From the NCBI GenBank assembly GCA_002104905.1, contig MCFE01000064.1, positions 127,283 through 191,282 on the forward strand: DNA of 64,000 nucleotides, given 5' to 3'. This DNA is from Basidiobolus meristosporus CBS 931.73 (Eukaryota > Fungi > Basidiobolomycota). Under the pieces are notes generated by a model, which saw nothing but the letters and a program-made list of their open reading frames with translations, did no database searches and was not told where the DNA came from. The position numbers and the translations under genes were made by a program. The stretch's first letter is position 1; every line of letters starts with the position of its first letter. Below, piece after piece: positions 1 to 12,322 of this stretch.

Positions 1-339
1 ATGATTCTACAGTGGAATATATGAATTGCTTAAGGGGAGGTAGAGAATGGAAATACCATTTGGTAAATTGGGACGGTGGCATTATACAGAGCCAGTGGTA
101 GACTGTCATACTGCCAATAAAATGCCATCAGAGTTTTGCAGTGAGGCCATCAAAATACCGTCACGTTTCTTGCCATATAAAGCAATTGGATGTCCTGGCT
201 AATTGGATCCACTTAAAATAGTTATAGAGTGCCAAAAGACCACAACAATACCATGCAAATATTTTCACAGCACCAATAAAATATTGTCAAGTTTTATCCC
301 TTTGTTTGTTTGTAAAATTTGCAAAACACAATTATGATC

Positions 340-1098
340 CTGTCATAAAATCTTTGAAGCATTGGTCTGATGTATGTCCCTTCCTTTTGCGGTAGTTGCA
401 AAACAGGTTGGTATTGCCTTTAAAAGGTTTTGGGTATCTCCTTGGCTGGTTATTGTTGCGTATTAAAGCACTTTCTTCTTCCTACTTATTGGTGCTTAAT
501 TTTCTTAATTTTTCATCAAGGAGCCTTCCATATATCTGATTTAAGATCAAGTCTTCAGTTCTGAACTCTAGGGCTGATACAAGGCCCTGAAGCCTGTCTG
601 TCAAGCTATTCAGGATGGTAACTATGACATCTTCATCAGTAACTGGTATGCCCACAGATTCCATCTCATCCACCAACAGGGTAATTCTGTTAAATAGATT
701 TTCATTTCTTCTCCTGACTGCATCTTTGTAGTAAGGAATATTTGCCTAAGATACATTTTCTTGGCTGCTGAACATGGCTGGTAGGTGTCTTCTGGTGTGT
801 TCCAGGCATTCTTTGCTGTTTTTGCTCTTGAGCATTGAATTAGCAACTTGTCTTTGACATTAAGGCAAATGCAGTTAAGGGCACTTTTCTCTTTCTTCTG
901 ATACTTCAAGAACCCCTTTCCCACATTTTTAGGAGGGCATTGTTCTCCCATGACAATATCCCAAAGGCCTCTTTCCTGTAGCAGCATCTTCATCTTCACC
1001 TTCCAGACTTGGTTGTTAGATCCATCCAACTTTTCAGCAGAGGGAGAAATTCCAGTAGTAGCAGTAGTAGAAATTGCTGAGAGGGAGAGCTTAAGCAA
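340..1098 (-). mobile_element. Ty1/copia gag remnant (degenerate)
   Basis: ORFs 622-1098 (EKLDGSNNQVWKVKMKMLLQERGLWDIV) and 482-676, then a CNYRKRKGHTSDQC zinc knuckle near 370-420; homologous to gag of the element at 53410-58076. Confidence 0.9.
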
Positions 1099-1850
1099 TG
1101 AGGTTAAGAAAGCTTTTTACTGATTTAGGCCTATGTCAAAAAATGCCTATTACTTTATTTCAAGATAATCAAGGATGTATACAATTAGGTAGAAATCCAA
1201 CTTTTCATGCTAGAACCTGTTATGAATAGACACAAAGCAGGAGAGTAGGGCTAGGCAAGGCAGGACCAGGAAAGGACTTAGGTGTGGATCAACAAGGCAA
1301 GGTGGATTTCCATGGCAAGGCTGTTTATTCAAGACCTGTGTTTATCAGACTGAGGAATACATAAGGGGGGATAGGACTATATATACTTTTTGGCAATATG
1401 GATGCCAAGAGATATTGGCTAATACTGATGGGGTTCTGGCATGAGGCACAGTAAGTGTGCCAAGATAGAATATACTAAACAACAGACTGGAATATCACAT
1501 GGAGATATGTCAAGGGTCAGCTGATCATGCGGCTAGGTCATGTGACATGTAGTTACCATATATGGCATGGGACTACATAAACTCCAATAGGAAGCTTCCA
1601 TAGAATGTTCCATTGTGTAACATTGACTTGGAGCTTTCAAGAAGTTGCTAGAATGTAGTAGAACTTTCTAGACAGAACTGGGATCTCTTCACTGACTTGA
1701 TTTGGCTAGATAATTGGAGACCAGGGATGTCATGTGATCATGACAGAACCAAGCACATAGATATTAGACATCATTTCATATGTGAAGCTATAGAGAATAA
1801 CTTAGTTAGCTTAGTTTACTGTCCTACTCTAGAGAATACTGACCAAATTC
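1099..1850 (+). mobile_element. Ty1/copia pol 3' (RNase H) fragment interrupted by a solo LTR
   Basis: Matches 57420-57620 nearly base for base (RTKHIDIRHHFI-EAIEN); split at 1218-1745. Confidence 0.9.
1218..1745. mobile_element. Solo LTR of a second LTR-retrotransposon family (528 bp)
   Basis: Ends TGTTATGA...TCATGACA; 5-bp TSD GAACC at 1213-1217 and 1746-1750; removing it restores the contiguous copia RNase H sequence. Confidence 0.85.
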
Positions 1851-1867
1851 CTTCAGGGCTCATTACC

Positions 1868-2216
1868 TGTTGTAAGAGTCTTGGAGATATTGTAAGTGAT
1901 TAGCAGAACAAGTAGATTATGTGGTTTTCACTTAATGATTTATTGAATGTAAAAGTAGTATTTATACTTTTACATGGTCTTGGCATTACAAACACATAGA
2001 ATAGGTTAAGAAAGGTCCCAAGAGCATGTGTGCAAAGTTTGGGGCTGTTTGGACAACTTTGAGAATTTTCATGTTATGGGTACCTGGTATTTTGGTGAAA
2101 ATATTCCAAGTAAATCCCAACAAGGAATTTGGTCAGTCTTCTCTAGGGTTTGAGGGTAATGATTTAAGTGACTAAGTTAGGAGAATATTTAGGTGGATTT
2201 ACAAATTTTTACAACA
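1868..2216 (-). mobile_element. Copia LTR (349 bp) with adjacent PBS-like GGTAATGAGCCC
   Basis: Reverse complement of the 57728-58076 LTR; TGTTGTAA...TTACAACA termini; PBS-like sequence directly adjacent. Confidence 0.9.
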
Positions 2217-3520
2217 GATAATGTGGTTCTCACTTGATGATTTATTGAATGTGAAAGTAGTATATATACTTTTATATAGTCTTGGCATAGCAAGCATGTA
2301 GAACAGGTTAAGGAAGGTACCAAGAACATATGTGCCAAGTTTGGGGCTGTTTGGACAACTTTGCAAATTCTCATGTTCTGGGTACTTGGTATTTTGGTGA
2401 AAATATTCTAGGTAAATCCCAACAAGGTATTGAGTTGGTATTCCATAGGACTTGAAGGTAATGACCCTGGTGACTAAGTTAGGTGAATATTTAGATGGAT
2501 AACAAATTCCTACAATAACTTTGGGCAAATGTGCAAGAGACCTGCCTAAACATGCTCTATGCATTTATAATGCCAAGACCATGTAAATGCTTTAATACCA
2601 CTTTTTCATTCAATAAACCATCAAGTGAAAACCACATAATCTACTTGTTCTGCTAATCACTTCCAATATCTCCAAGACTCTTACAACTGATACAAGGCCC
2701 TGTAGCTTGTCTATAACCTGTTAAGAGAGTTTTGATGATACTGGAAATCTTTGGGAGAGCAGGTAGATAGTGTGGCTTTCACTGATTGATTTATAGAATA
2801 TAGAAGTGGTATTTGTGCATTTACATGGTCTTGGGAATGCAAACACATAGAATATGTCTAGGAAGATCCCAAGAACATGTTTCCAAAGCTTGGGCTGCTT
2901 GGACTGCTTAACACAATTTTATGTTCTGAGTACCTGATGTCTAAGTGATAATATTCTAAGTAAATCCCAACAAGGAATTTAATCAGAGTTTTCTAGCATC
3001 TGTGGGCAATGAACCAAGTGAATAAGCTTGGTGAATACTTAGGTGCAATTTCCAGTCTTTACAACACTTTAGGCAGGATCATCACACAGGATCCCCTTAT
3101 TAATGTTATTGACAGATCTTTCTTACCACTGCCAACTTCCCTCAGTTGCACAGTCTTATATTAGCTTATCAAGATGTCATGATCTGGGTACCCAATGTTT
3201 TGGTGAAAATATTCCTTGTAAATCTCAGCAAGGAATTTGGTCAGAAATCTTGAAAATTTGCAGGCAATGGCCCAAGTGGCCAAGTTAGGTGAATATTTAG
3301 GTGCAATTACAAATTTTACACCATACTATTATCCAAGATATTTAAGTTTGTCTCTAGCTGATGATATTGTGAATATATCTACAATCATTTTCATCAGTTG
3401 GACATTAAACCAAACCAAGTTATCCTCTGTAGTTTCCTGTATGAAGGGATGTCAGGAATATATGTGCTTGGTTCTAGCACAAAAAGTTGCTTTACCACAG
3501 CAGTCACCTGGGGAACTCAG
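2217..3520. mobile_element. Further partial copia LTRs (both orientations) and a pol fragment
   Basis: Repeated blocks such as GTAAATCCCAACAAGGAATTT and GGGCTGTTTGGACAACTTT; minus-strand RNase H remnant near 3360-3500. Confidence 0.8.
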
Positions 3521-3589
3521 AGGTTGGTGATTGGTGATATTTACATGAGTTTGAGCCAAATTGTCACTGATTCCACCAAGAAAAAAAAC

Positions 3590-3900
3590 TAACAGAAGGC
3601 CAGCAGAATACCATCATAGTATCAGCTGAATTCCAACCTTCCCAAAAGTAACAACTCTCGATATCTCAGGTACTAGCTTCCTAGCAAACAAGTAGACATC
3701 CTTTCTAGGGGGAAACTAGGCCAACTAGCATTCATACCAAATTTGGTAATCAGCTGCTGTTACCTCCACCAAAAATTGCAACTGAAAACTTGAAGCAGAA
3801 ATACCAGCTGACTACCAGCAAAATACCATCAGAATACCAGCAGAATATTGGCTAAAAATCCAATGAACTCCAACTATGAGATTTTTCATAGGGTTCTTGG
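3590..3900 (+). repeat. Unclassified ~310 bp dispersed repeat, inverted homologue at ~31085-31420
   Basis: e.g. CAACTAGCATTCATACCAAATTTGGTAATCAGCT here versus the reverse complement of AGCTGATTACCAAGTTTGGTATGAATGCTAGTTG near 31240-31275. Confidence 0.7.
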
Positions 3901-4862
3901 GTCCAATCCAAAGAATCCTTTGGATATGCTTTGAAACCAATTTCCAACAAAGTTGGTGGATTTGCAAACCAGTCCTCTGGCCAATCAATTCCACCCCTCC
4001 CAGCTGAGCATCCATCATCCGAATTGATCCGGCACTCACAGCGCAACATAGCGTAACATCAGTCAGGAATGAGTGCCGATCACACAACATTCCAGGGGTG
4101 GTCAAGATACAAACACTTCTCCCTTGAAACACTGCGCCTCCTGGATGAGGTGGGATGAAACGACCAAATAGGCTATGAGATCCATGGAAATCCTGAATGA
4201 GAGGCTATGAGGCAGTTCACGGAATCACCACCGACGTTCGGGCAGGCATTCCCCATACAAGCTTGGGTGTGCCTCGCCTATTCCCGGCACCCATCTGAAA
4301 CTCGGTTCGCCCTTAAATTAGGTGGGTAGGATCCAGAGCGCCCACCAGCACCACCACCAGGATGAACCCCTTCGCATGGTTGCCATATCTCTTATGGGCC
4401 CTTATGTTTACTAGAGCCCACTCGACTCCCATCTCGTCCTCCCCCGGCTGGACCGATCCGAAGGAACAAGGTGCTAGGGACCCGCCTTGGAAACACCCCC
4501 TGTAGGAGCTCTTCCGCATTCTACCCTATCGGTTCTAACCCACAACGGGCAAGTGACAGGGACTGGGTGAGATCAATCAGGTCGACACAGACCCGATTCA
4601 CCCATCATGGACGGAGGGAGGGGGAAAAAAAAAGAATTTTTTTCGGGCTGAAAAAAATCGACCTTCCTGGATGTTTTGTCAGGGTAGGGTAGGGTAGGGG
4701 GGAGGGGGAGAGGGCGAGGGGGGGGGGAGAAATTGATCGATGCCGGCTGACGAAAGATCCCACTTAGGTGGGCAACTCTCTCTCCGAAAGGTTCTTCTTT
4801 CTTTTGTGTTTACGAAGGAAATTCTCCCCGTGATAGACCCGGTTTGTTTTCCAGGATAAAAT

Positions 4863-6042
4863 ATGGCCAGCTCGCAATTCCAGTGTCGCATGTACGAGGC
4901 CCGTTACCCCGAGGTCGACGACCTCGTCATGGTGAACGTCCGTCAGATCGCCGATATGGGGGCCTACGTCAAGCTCATGGAGTATGACAACATCGAGGGT
5001 ATGATCCTTCTGTCCGAGTTGTCCAGAAGACGTATCCGTTCCATTCAGAAACTTATCCGTGTCGGCAGAAACGAGGTGGTCGTTGTCATGAGAGTGGATC
5101 GTGAGAAGGGTTAGTTTCGGACCCCCCAAGGTCCCCATCGAGCCTCTACCTTCACTTCGACCGAGTACTCACCCCAGCTTTCCCTTTTGCTGTTTCACCC
5201 AACTGTTAGGTTACATCGATCTCTCCAAGAGAAGAGTTTCCCCTGAGGAAATCGCCAAGTGCGAAGAGAAGTTCAACAAGTCCAAGGCTGTAAGTGCCCC
5301 TCCATCGCAACTAGACCGCGGCCCAGTTTGTTCTTTTTGCTAAATGAGCTATCCCTCTCCCTCTTCCTCTCCCGACACAGGTTCACAGTATCATGCGCCA
5401 CGTTGCTGAGAAGCAGAACCTCGTTTTGGAGGAAATCTACCAGCAATTCGGATGGCCTCTTTACAAGAAATACGGACATGCCTACGATGCCTTCAAGCTG
5501 GCCATCACGTGAGTGCCGAGTAGGAAGTTTCCCTAACACACCCGCGTACTAAACGAATTCCCCTTGTATGTAGTGAGCCCGAGACCGTGTTCGAAGGCAT
5601 CGAGATCGAGCCCCAAGTCAAGGAGGAGTTGTTGAACAACATCAAACGTAGACTTACCCCTCAACCTATCAAGGTCAGAGCTGATATCGAGGTCACCTGC
5701 TTCGGTTATGAGGGTATCGACGCCATCAAGGCCGCCTTGAAGGCTGGTGAGGCCCTCTCCACCGAGGAGGTCGGCATCAAGATCAAGCTGGTCGCTCCCC
5801 CACTCTACGTCATGATCACCAACACCTTGGACAAGAACGCGGGTATCGAGATGTTGGACAAAGCCATCGCCGTCATCGAGGACATCGTCGGTAAGAACGG
5901 CGGAAATGTCAACATCAAGATGAAGCCTAAGGCCGTCAGTGAATCCGACGAAGCCGAACTCGCCGCCCTCATGGCCCGTGTCGAGAAGGAGAACGCTGAG
6001 GTGTCTGGCGACGACGCCGTATCCGAGTCCGAAGACGAGTAA
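4863..6042 (+). CDS. SUI2: Translation initiation factor eIF2 alpha (exons 4863-5109, 5210-5289, 5381-5508, 5574-6042)
   Basis: S1 domain with [14 protein letters not shown] (Ser51 loop), [31 protein letters not shown]; three GT-AG introns splice in frame. Confidence 0.97.
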
Positions 6043-7153
6043 TCGAAGAAGCTGGAAGTCCATCTCTCACATGCACCCTTTATTATATAATAAAAACCCC
6101 CAGTTACTCATTAATAAAGCGATGATGGCCGAGACTCTCTGCTTTCTGTGGGTTGGATGACCGGGATTTCTATGGGGAGGGATGGTTACTGTTGGGCGAG
6201 GTCCGCCGTGAAGTGGTTTGGCCTCCACTAGAGCATGCTCGTAACCGATCTTGGTTCTGCGTGTCAGGGGATGCGAGCGGAGCATACTTGTTTCAAGAAC
6301 CCCGATGCTCGAATGGTGGCCCGCCTGCTCGAGAAAGATTATACGGACCATCGATCCGGAAACTCTGACTGGAAATTGGAAATTGGCAAGTCACCTCTTG
6401 TTATACAACCGCTTCTCCCAAGAAAACGCGGTAGCACACGCACGTGGTGCAAGAACTTTGAACCAGGGCCACGAGAGCGAGAAATCAGAGTGTCAGGGCA
6501 CTGAGCAAATGGCCGTCTCTTTGAGAACCCACTCCGCCATCTCAGTCACCAGAGGTGCGTGGGGATTCCAGGCCGAATTCAGATTCGTCTGGAGCAGTTG
6601 TTCCATCAAGAACCAGCTGACATCTAAGCAATGGAAAATCGTTGATGGCCGTTCCAATTTAGAGTTGGCCAATGGATGAGCGAGTGACTGGTAGCAGAGG
6701 TGGTGAAGGGGCATGGCCTCACAGGCTTGTATGCCAAGAACTTGCCTGGTGGCTCAGATTGGGGTTTTCCTCGACCACCCAGGAGCCAGAGTTCAGATCG
6801 TTCAACCGCTTCCAACAAGCCCGCTCCTCGCACCTTGTCCAGCACCTGTACCTCTACCAACCGTGAATGATTCGTCCACCCAAACGGACCATTCGTCGTC
6901 ACAGGACACCATCGATTGGCCCAATCAGCGCCTAACTGGGTGGACTCCCCAAACAATACCGCAATCAAGATCCCCCCTTCGGTCTTCCCTCTAATTGGCG
7001 ACGGAAAAAAAAGAAAAAAACCCTTACAAGGTGATAAAAGAATATTCGACTTGGGAGCTGGCTCACTAGGAACTTGGCTTAGCACCGTTTCTTCAGGTTG
7101 TCCTTGCACTTATTTGGCCTCGTCCACTTGACCCTTCCCCCAACTCTCACTCC

Positions 7154-9277
7154 ATGCCCAGTATCAAAGAGCCCCAGGCGGAAGCCATGGTCACCGAGTC
7201 CACCTCGGTAGACAAGGAGAAGAGAGACAGGAAGTCCGAGAGCAAAACCCCCGAGAAGAAGAAGAGATCGAGGGACGAGAAGACCCCCAAGTCAGATAAG
7301 AAGAAGAAGTCGAGACACGACAGTGACGAGGAGAGGGACGAGAGTTCCTCCAAGAAGCGCAAAGCCAACGATTCCAGCGCCGTCGAAGTAGTCCCCGAGG
7401 CGGAAAAGGAGGTGGCCTCCGAAGAGGCCAAGGAAGACGAGGTTCCCGAGAACCTCCGATTCTCCTCCTACCGTATCTCGCAGAGTACCATCGATGCCCT
7501 CACCTCCACCGGCATCAACGCCCTCTTCCCCATCCAGTCCTCCACTTTCGATAAGATCTACGATGGTGCGGATTTGTTGGGCAGGGCCAGAACCGGTTCC
7601 GGAAAGACCCTCGCCTTCGCTCTTCCCATGGTTGAGCGTTTGAAGGCGGCCGGGATTGACACAAGAAGAGGCAGGGAGCCCAAAATCCTGGTCATGGCCC
7701 CCACCAGAGAATTGGCCAAGCAAGTGGCCACCGAGTTCGAGAGAATCGGGAAGCAGCTCTCGGTTCTCTGCGTCTATGGCGGCGTCCCCTATGACCCACA
7801 GTACTACGCGATGAAGAATGGAGTGGACGTGGTGGTGGGTACGCCCGGGCGTATCGTCGATCACATCGACCGTGGAAACCTCAAGCTTCACGACATCAAC
7901 TTCATCTGTCTGGACGAAGCTGACCAGATGCTTGACATCGGCTTCGCCGACGCCATGGAGAAGATCCTGGAATGCGTCAAGGAGCAGAAGGCCAACAAGC
8001 CCGACTCCCCATCCCACCAAACCCTTCTCTTCTCCGCCACCGTCCCCGAATGGGTCAACCGCGTCGTGAAGAAGTACCTCCGTCCGGACCACGCCACGGT
8101 CGATCTTGTCGGGGACACCAAGCTCAAGACCTCCGAGTTCATCTCCCACTACGCCATCCCCTCCTCATGGCAAGCCCGTAAGGACATCATCGGAGATGTG
8201 GTGGCCGTGTACGGTGCCGGGGGTCGAGTCATCATCTTCGTCAACACCAAGGCGGAGGCGAACGAGCTTGCGCTCCACGACCAATTGAAGCAAGAGGCCC
8301 AGGTACTCCACGGAGACATCGCGCAAAACCAGAGAGAGATCACCCTCAAGGGATTCCGTGATGGCAAGCTCAAGTGCATCATCTGTACCGACGTCGCCGC
8401 CCGTGGTTTGGACATCCCCGAGGTGGACCTCGTCATCAACTACGAGCCCACCCAAGACATCGAGTCTTACATCCATCGTTCCGGCAGAACCGGACGTGCC
8501 GGAAGAAAGGGTGTCTGCGTGACCTTCTTCAAGCCACAGGAGGAGGGTTGGTTGAAGACCTTGCAGCGACGCACCGGAATGAGCCTGCAGGTAGTCGGTG
8601 CACCCCAGCCAGAGGATATCATCAAGGCCACCGCGTTTGAAGCGGCTCAGAACATCAAGGATGTCTCTCCCAAGGCGTTGCCATTCTTCAATGGCGCCGC
8701 GGAGGAGCTGATCTCGGAGCTTGGTGCCGAGAAGGCGGTCGCCGCTGCTCTCGCCTTCATTGCCGGCTATTCCCAGGGAGTCCAGAGCCGTAGTTTGCTC
8801 TCAGGCATGACTGGGTTCACCACCCTCATCTGCCGACTTACCTACACCATCCGCACCCCTGGCTATATCCGCGCCATGCTCAGCCGTCACTTCCCTGATC
8901 TTGCCCACGACGATGTCAAGGGCATGAGAATGACCAGAGACATGTCGGGGGTTATCTTCGACGTGAACTCCGATCGTCTCGAAATCAAGGAGGAGCAAAT
9001 CTTCCTTGGCGGAAGAGCTTGGGAGGACACCAACTCCATCACCATCGAGGTTGCCAAGGAAATCCCCGAGCTGCAGCAGTCGGAGAACGACTCTCGCGGT
9101 GGCCGCGGGTTCGGCGGCGGCCGTGGCGGCTTTGGTGGAAACCGTGGATTCGGTGGTCGTGACGGTGGTCGTGACGGTGGCCGCAGCGGCGGTCGCGGTG
9201 GATTCAGCCGTGGTGGCGGATTTGGGGGAGGTTTTGGAGGAGGCCGTGGTGGAAGAGGTGGCTTCAACCGTCGTTAA
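7154..9277 (+). CDS. Nucleolar DEAD-box RNA helicase, DDX21/DDX50 (Gu) type, with RGG tail
   Basis: 707 aa intronless ORF; GRARTGSGKT, PTRELA, DEAD, SAT, HRSGRTGRAG motifs; lysine-rich N-terminus, GUCT-like region, RGG-rich C-terminus. Confidence 0.95.
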   Translation: MPSIKEPQAEAMVTESTSVDKEKRDRKSESKTPEKKKRSRDEKTPKSDKKKKSRHDSDEERDESSSKKRKANDSSAVEVVPEAEKEVASEEAKEDEVPENLRFSSYRISQSTIDALTSTGINALFPIQSSTFDKIYDGADLLGRARTGSGKTLAFALPMVERLKAAGIDTRRGREPKILVMAPTRELAKQVATEFERIGKQLSVLCVYGGVPYDPQYYAMKNGVDVVVGTPGRIVDHIDRGNLKLHDINFICLDEADQMLDIGFADAMEKILECVKEQKANKPDSPSHQTLLFSATVPEWVNRVVKKYLRPDHATVDLVGDTKLKTSEFISHYAIPSSWQARKDIIGDVVAVYGAGGRVIIFVNTKAEANELALHDQLKQEAQVLHGDIAQNQREITLKGFRDGKLKCIICTDVAARGLDIPEVDLVINYEPTQDIESYIHRSGRTGRAGRKGVCVTFFKPQEEGWLKTLQRRTGMSLQVVGAPQPEDIIKATAFEAAQNIKDVSPKALPFFNGAAEELISELGAEKAVAAALAFIAGYSQGVQSRSLLSGMTGFTTLICRLTYTIRTPGYIRAMLSRHFPDLAHDDVKGMRMTRDMSGVIFDVNSDRLEIKEEQIFLGGRAWEDTNSITIEVAKEIPELQQSENDSRGGRGFGGGRGGFGGNRGFGGRDGGRDGGRSGGRGGFSRGGGFGGGFGGGRGGRGGFNRR

Positions 9278-9532
9278 TCGTACACCGATGGGTTTCTGAA
9301 CTGCTCTACATGTAATATTTCTTCACACCGATACCACCGTGATTACTCTGCCACCCTCAGTCGTCGCTAGAGCCCCATTTATATGTATAATACATTCCTT
9401 TGTACTTGTTTGTGAATCCTCCGATCCGCCATCTCATAGAATCCTGATTTTGTGCTAATAAACCCCTTTGCCTAACAAAAAGCCTTACTCACATGGGTGT
9501 TTTCAATGTTTATTTCGATCAGGTCGGAGCCT

Positions 9533-10417
9533 TCAATTCAATGAAGCGGTCAGCTTGATATTCTTGAAGTAGGTATACGTGTCCACGGGGGTCCTGTACG
9601 ATGGGTCAGCACCACCGAAAAAGGTATGGAAGAGCAGGCCGGAGATCTTCGCATCAGCCTTCGTCCTGAACACCATCTGGTTGTAGTTGATGACCAGCTG
9701 GTTGTCCATCCATACCTTCAACACACCATCCTGCTTCCCGACCGAATTGAGCCGCATGGATTGTCGAATGGTGCTCCATTTTCCAGGAGGGAATTTGAAC
9801 GCGCCACGAGCCAACGAGTCGCCATATGCTGGGTTACACACACTGTCAGGTGGAATGTCACAATACCCAGGACCTTGTTTATCTGGGGCGTACGAGTAGA
9901 GCTCCCCCTCGCCCCCGCTACGCCACATGAATCGGGTGGAGAAGCAGCGCTCACTGTCCCGGCTATCCCGGGTACAATCCCCGGAGCCACCATAGAACCC
10001 AGGGAGCTTGCCTCCTTTGACGAAGTTGAATCCCCTTGGGAAGTACACCTGGAACTCGAGGGTAGCTTCGTTTTGCAATTGGACTGGGTTGGCGTAGATG
10101 CCAACCCCTCCCTGCTTTCCGGGAGACGTGGGGGTACGACTACCCCGAGGATAGAATACCTGAAAGGCCGTGTCGGAGCCGCCAGCAGGATCCCGTACAA
10201 ATTTATAGTTTTGTTGACCGAAAGAGACCTTCACCAGCCCCCAGTTGTTTAGAGAGGAGGAGGAGCTGCTACTCCAGCTGGTGGGGGCTCTACGCGCCAG
10301 GCTAGAGGAGGCAGAGCTGTCGGTACCATTGTGGGCCTGGACCAGGCGCAGGTTGACTAGCAACCAGACCACGAAGAGTGCACCCCAGCTACCGGAATGG
10401 TTATTCGTCAAGAACAT
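9533..10417 (-). CDS. Secreted polysaccharide lyase family 14-like (alginate/glucuronan lyase)
   Basis: Signal peptide from ATG 10417; FNFVKGGKLPGFYGG, FSTRFMWR, LLFHTFFGG motifs; intronless. Confidence 0.85.
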   Translation of the reverse strand: MFLTNNHSGSWGALFVVWLLVNLRLVQAHNGTDSSASSSLARRAPTSWSSSSSSSLNNWGLVKVSFGQQNYKFVRDPAGGSDTAFQVFYPRGSRTPTSPGKQGGVGIYANPVQLQNEATLEFQVYFPRGFNFVKGGKLPGFYGGSGDCTRDSRDSERCFSTRFMWRSGGEGELYSYAPDKQGPGYCDIPPDSVCNPAYGDSLARGAFKFPPGKWSTIRQSMRLNSVGKQDGVLKVWMDNQLVINYNQMVFRTKADAKISGLLFHTFFGGADPSYRTPVDTYTYFKNIKLTASLN

Positions 10418-11283
10418 ATCTACCGCGAAGAGATGGAAGGTTAGTGTACAGTGAGGTGGGGGGTTAGCGACTTTGCCGGAAAGTCTGGTGGATGGATAGC
10501 CCTCCAACTGGCCCAAGGAGCCTTAAATAAAGTTTTAAGGTGGAGGCAGTATACTCCTTCAATTCAAATAAGGAAGTCCATTAATGAAATGGAATCTTCG
10601 CAGCCTTCAAGGGAACCTGAACGTACCAAGGAAAGGAGGATTTCTTCCGCACCTGGAGATTGATTTCGCTGGTGCGACATTATTCAGGTTTTAGATAAGG
10701 GAGTGCGACTCGATCGATACATGCTCCTAATTATTGCAACCTGATGGGACTTCCCTAGAATTCAGCATTGTTCAGGAACTTTTCCCAGATCTCAATGCCT
10801 GCTCTTTCCAACAGTGGGGTTCCCGACAATTGGCACGATAAGCGATGCACTCGAACGTCTACGCCTTGATTTCGTCGAAAATGCGGAGATTCGCCAGTTG
10901 ATTGGTAAAGCCGAGTAAACACACCCATTGCGGCGCAAATCCGATCCTCGCCCAAAGGAGCACTAATTGCTCTCGCAGACTGCCACACAGAAGGCGGAGG
11001 ACGCGACGTAAACAACGGAGCAGCCTACCGTGCAGAGGTAGGAGACTCGACGGGAAGGGTGGATGGATTCGGGATTTGGCGAAACCCCCCAAAACCCACC
11101 CAACCGGTTCTAATCCGGAAGGAATCTCGCCCTATTTGGACGCGGATTGTTTTCAAGTGCTACCCACCGTCATGCAGCCTTGCGCTTATGGTCGAGTAGA
11201 GAGCGACCGAAACCACTTGCCCGAGGGAGTATAAATTCCTCTGCGGCAACCGCGGAGTGGTACTCAGAATCGCCCCTTCTATC

Positions 11284-12181
11284 ATGTTCACCATCAAAAT
11301 CGGGTTTTTGCTTTGGATCGCCGTGCTCTGCACATCCATTTTAGGTCAGACGCACACTCTGCAGAAGCGGGGTGGCGAACAGTGGAGTAGCAGTGGGGTC
11401 ACCTCGCTACAGCCCTACAAGATTCAGAAGATCTCGTTCGGCCGGAACAACTACCAATTCGTGTCGGATCCGTTGCACGGTAAGGAAAAGGTACTAAGAG
11501 TGTTTTACCCCAAGGGAAGTCGTACTCCGTCTTCACCAGGTAAGCAAGGTGGTTTAGGGTTCTACGCAAAGCCGCTCTCTCTGAAGGACGAGGCTACACT
11601 CGAGTACAAGGTCTTCTTTCCCCGAGGATTCAATTTCGTGAAGGGCGGTAAGCTACCAGGGATCTACGGGGGCAGCCCTGATTGCCCCAATGGAAACGAC
11701 AAAAGAAAATGCTTTACCACAAGGTAGGTTGGCGTTGATGTGGGCGGACGTAGGCTCATTCGCTAACCCTCCCGCTTCTAGATTTATGTTCCGTACTCGC
11801 GGCGATGGAGAACTTTATGCCTATCTTCCGATGAACCAGGCATCCGGCTACTGCAACATCAAGCCCAGAAGTGTTTGCAACCCCAGCTATGGCGACTCAC
11901 TCGGACGAGGATCATTCAGATTCACAACCGGCAAGTGGCACACGCTCCGTCAGTCCATTCGCCTGAACAAGGTCGGCCGACAGGACGGGGTTCTCCGGGT
12001 TTGGGTTGATGGCAAGTTGGTGATCAACTACCGCAAGGCGGTGTTCAGAAATCAGCCCAACGTGAAGAACATCGGCCTGATCTTTCACACATTCTTCGGC
12101 GGGTCCACACCGGATTACAGGACCCCAGTGGACCAGTATTCCTACTTCAAGGATTTCAAGATGTTCGACCATGCCATGTAG
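11284..12181 (+). CDS. Second PL14-like secreted lyase (exons 11284-11723, 11782-12181)
   Basis: Signal peptide; GGKLPG and IFHTFFGG; a 58-nt GTAGGT...CTAG intron joins CFTTR to FMFR. Confidence 0.85.
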
Positions 12182-12322
12182 ATCGCCCGATTGGTATTGT
12201 TTAGATGTAATATGGAGTTGGAATTTGATTGGTAATATTTAGATGCAACTAGTAGTAGGCTTGATTAATATAAATCAACAGTATGTAGATGTGAATAGTT
12301 TAATGTGTATATATAAAAATTA

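Noticed and set aside
6150-7110. Several overlapping 60-160 aa ORFs between eIF2-alpha and the helicase
   Set aside because: Mutually overlapping, no motifs or convincing splice structure; a small gene cannot be excluded without RNA data
7292-8149. 285-aa antisense ORF within the helicase
   Set aside because: Shadow frame caused by GC-rich codon bias; no recognisable motifs
9626-10252. 208-aa alternative-frame ORF inside the PL14 gene
   Set aside because: Overlapping frame with no protein-like features; the PL14 frame explains the region
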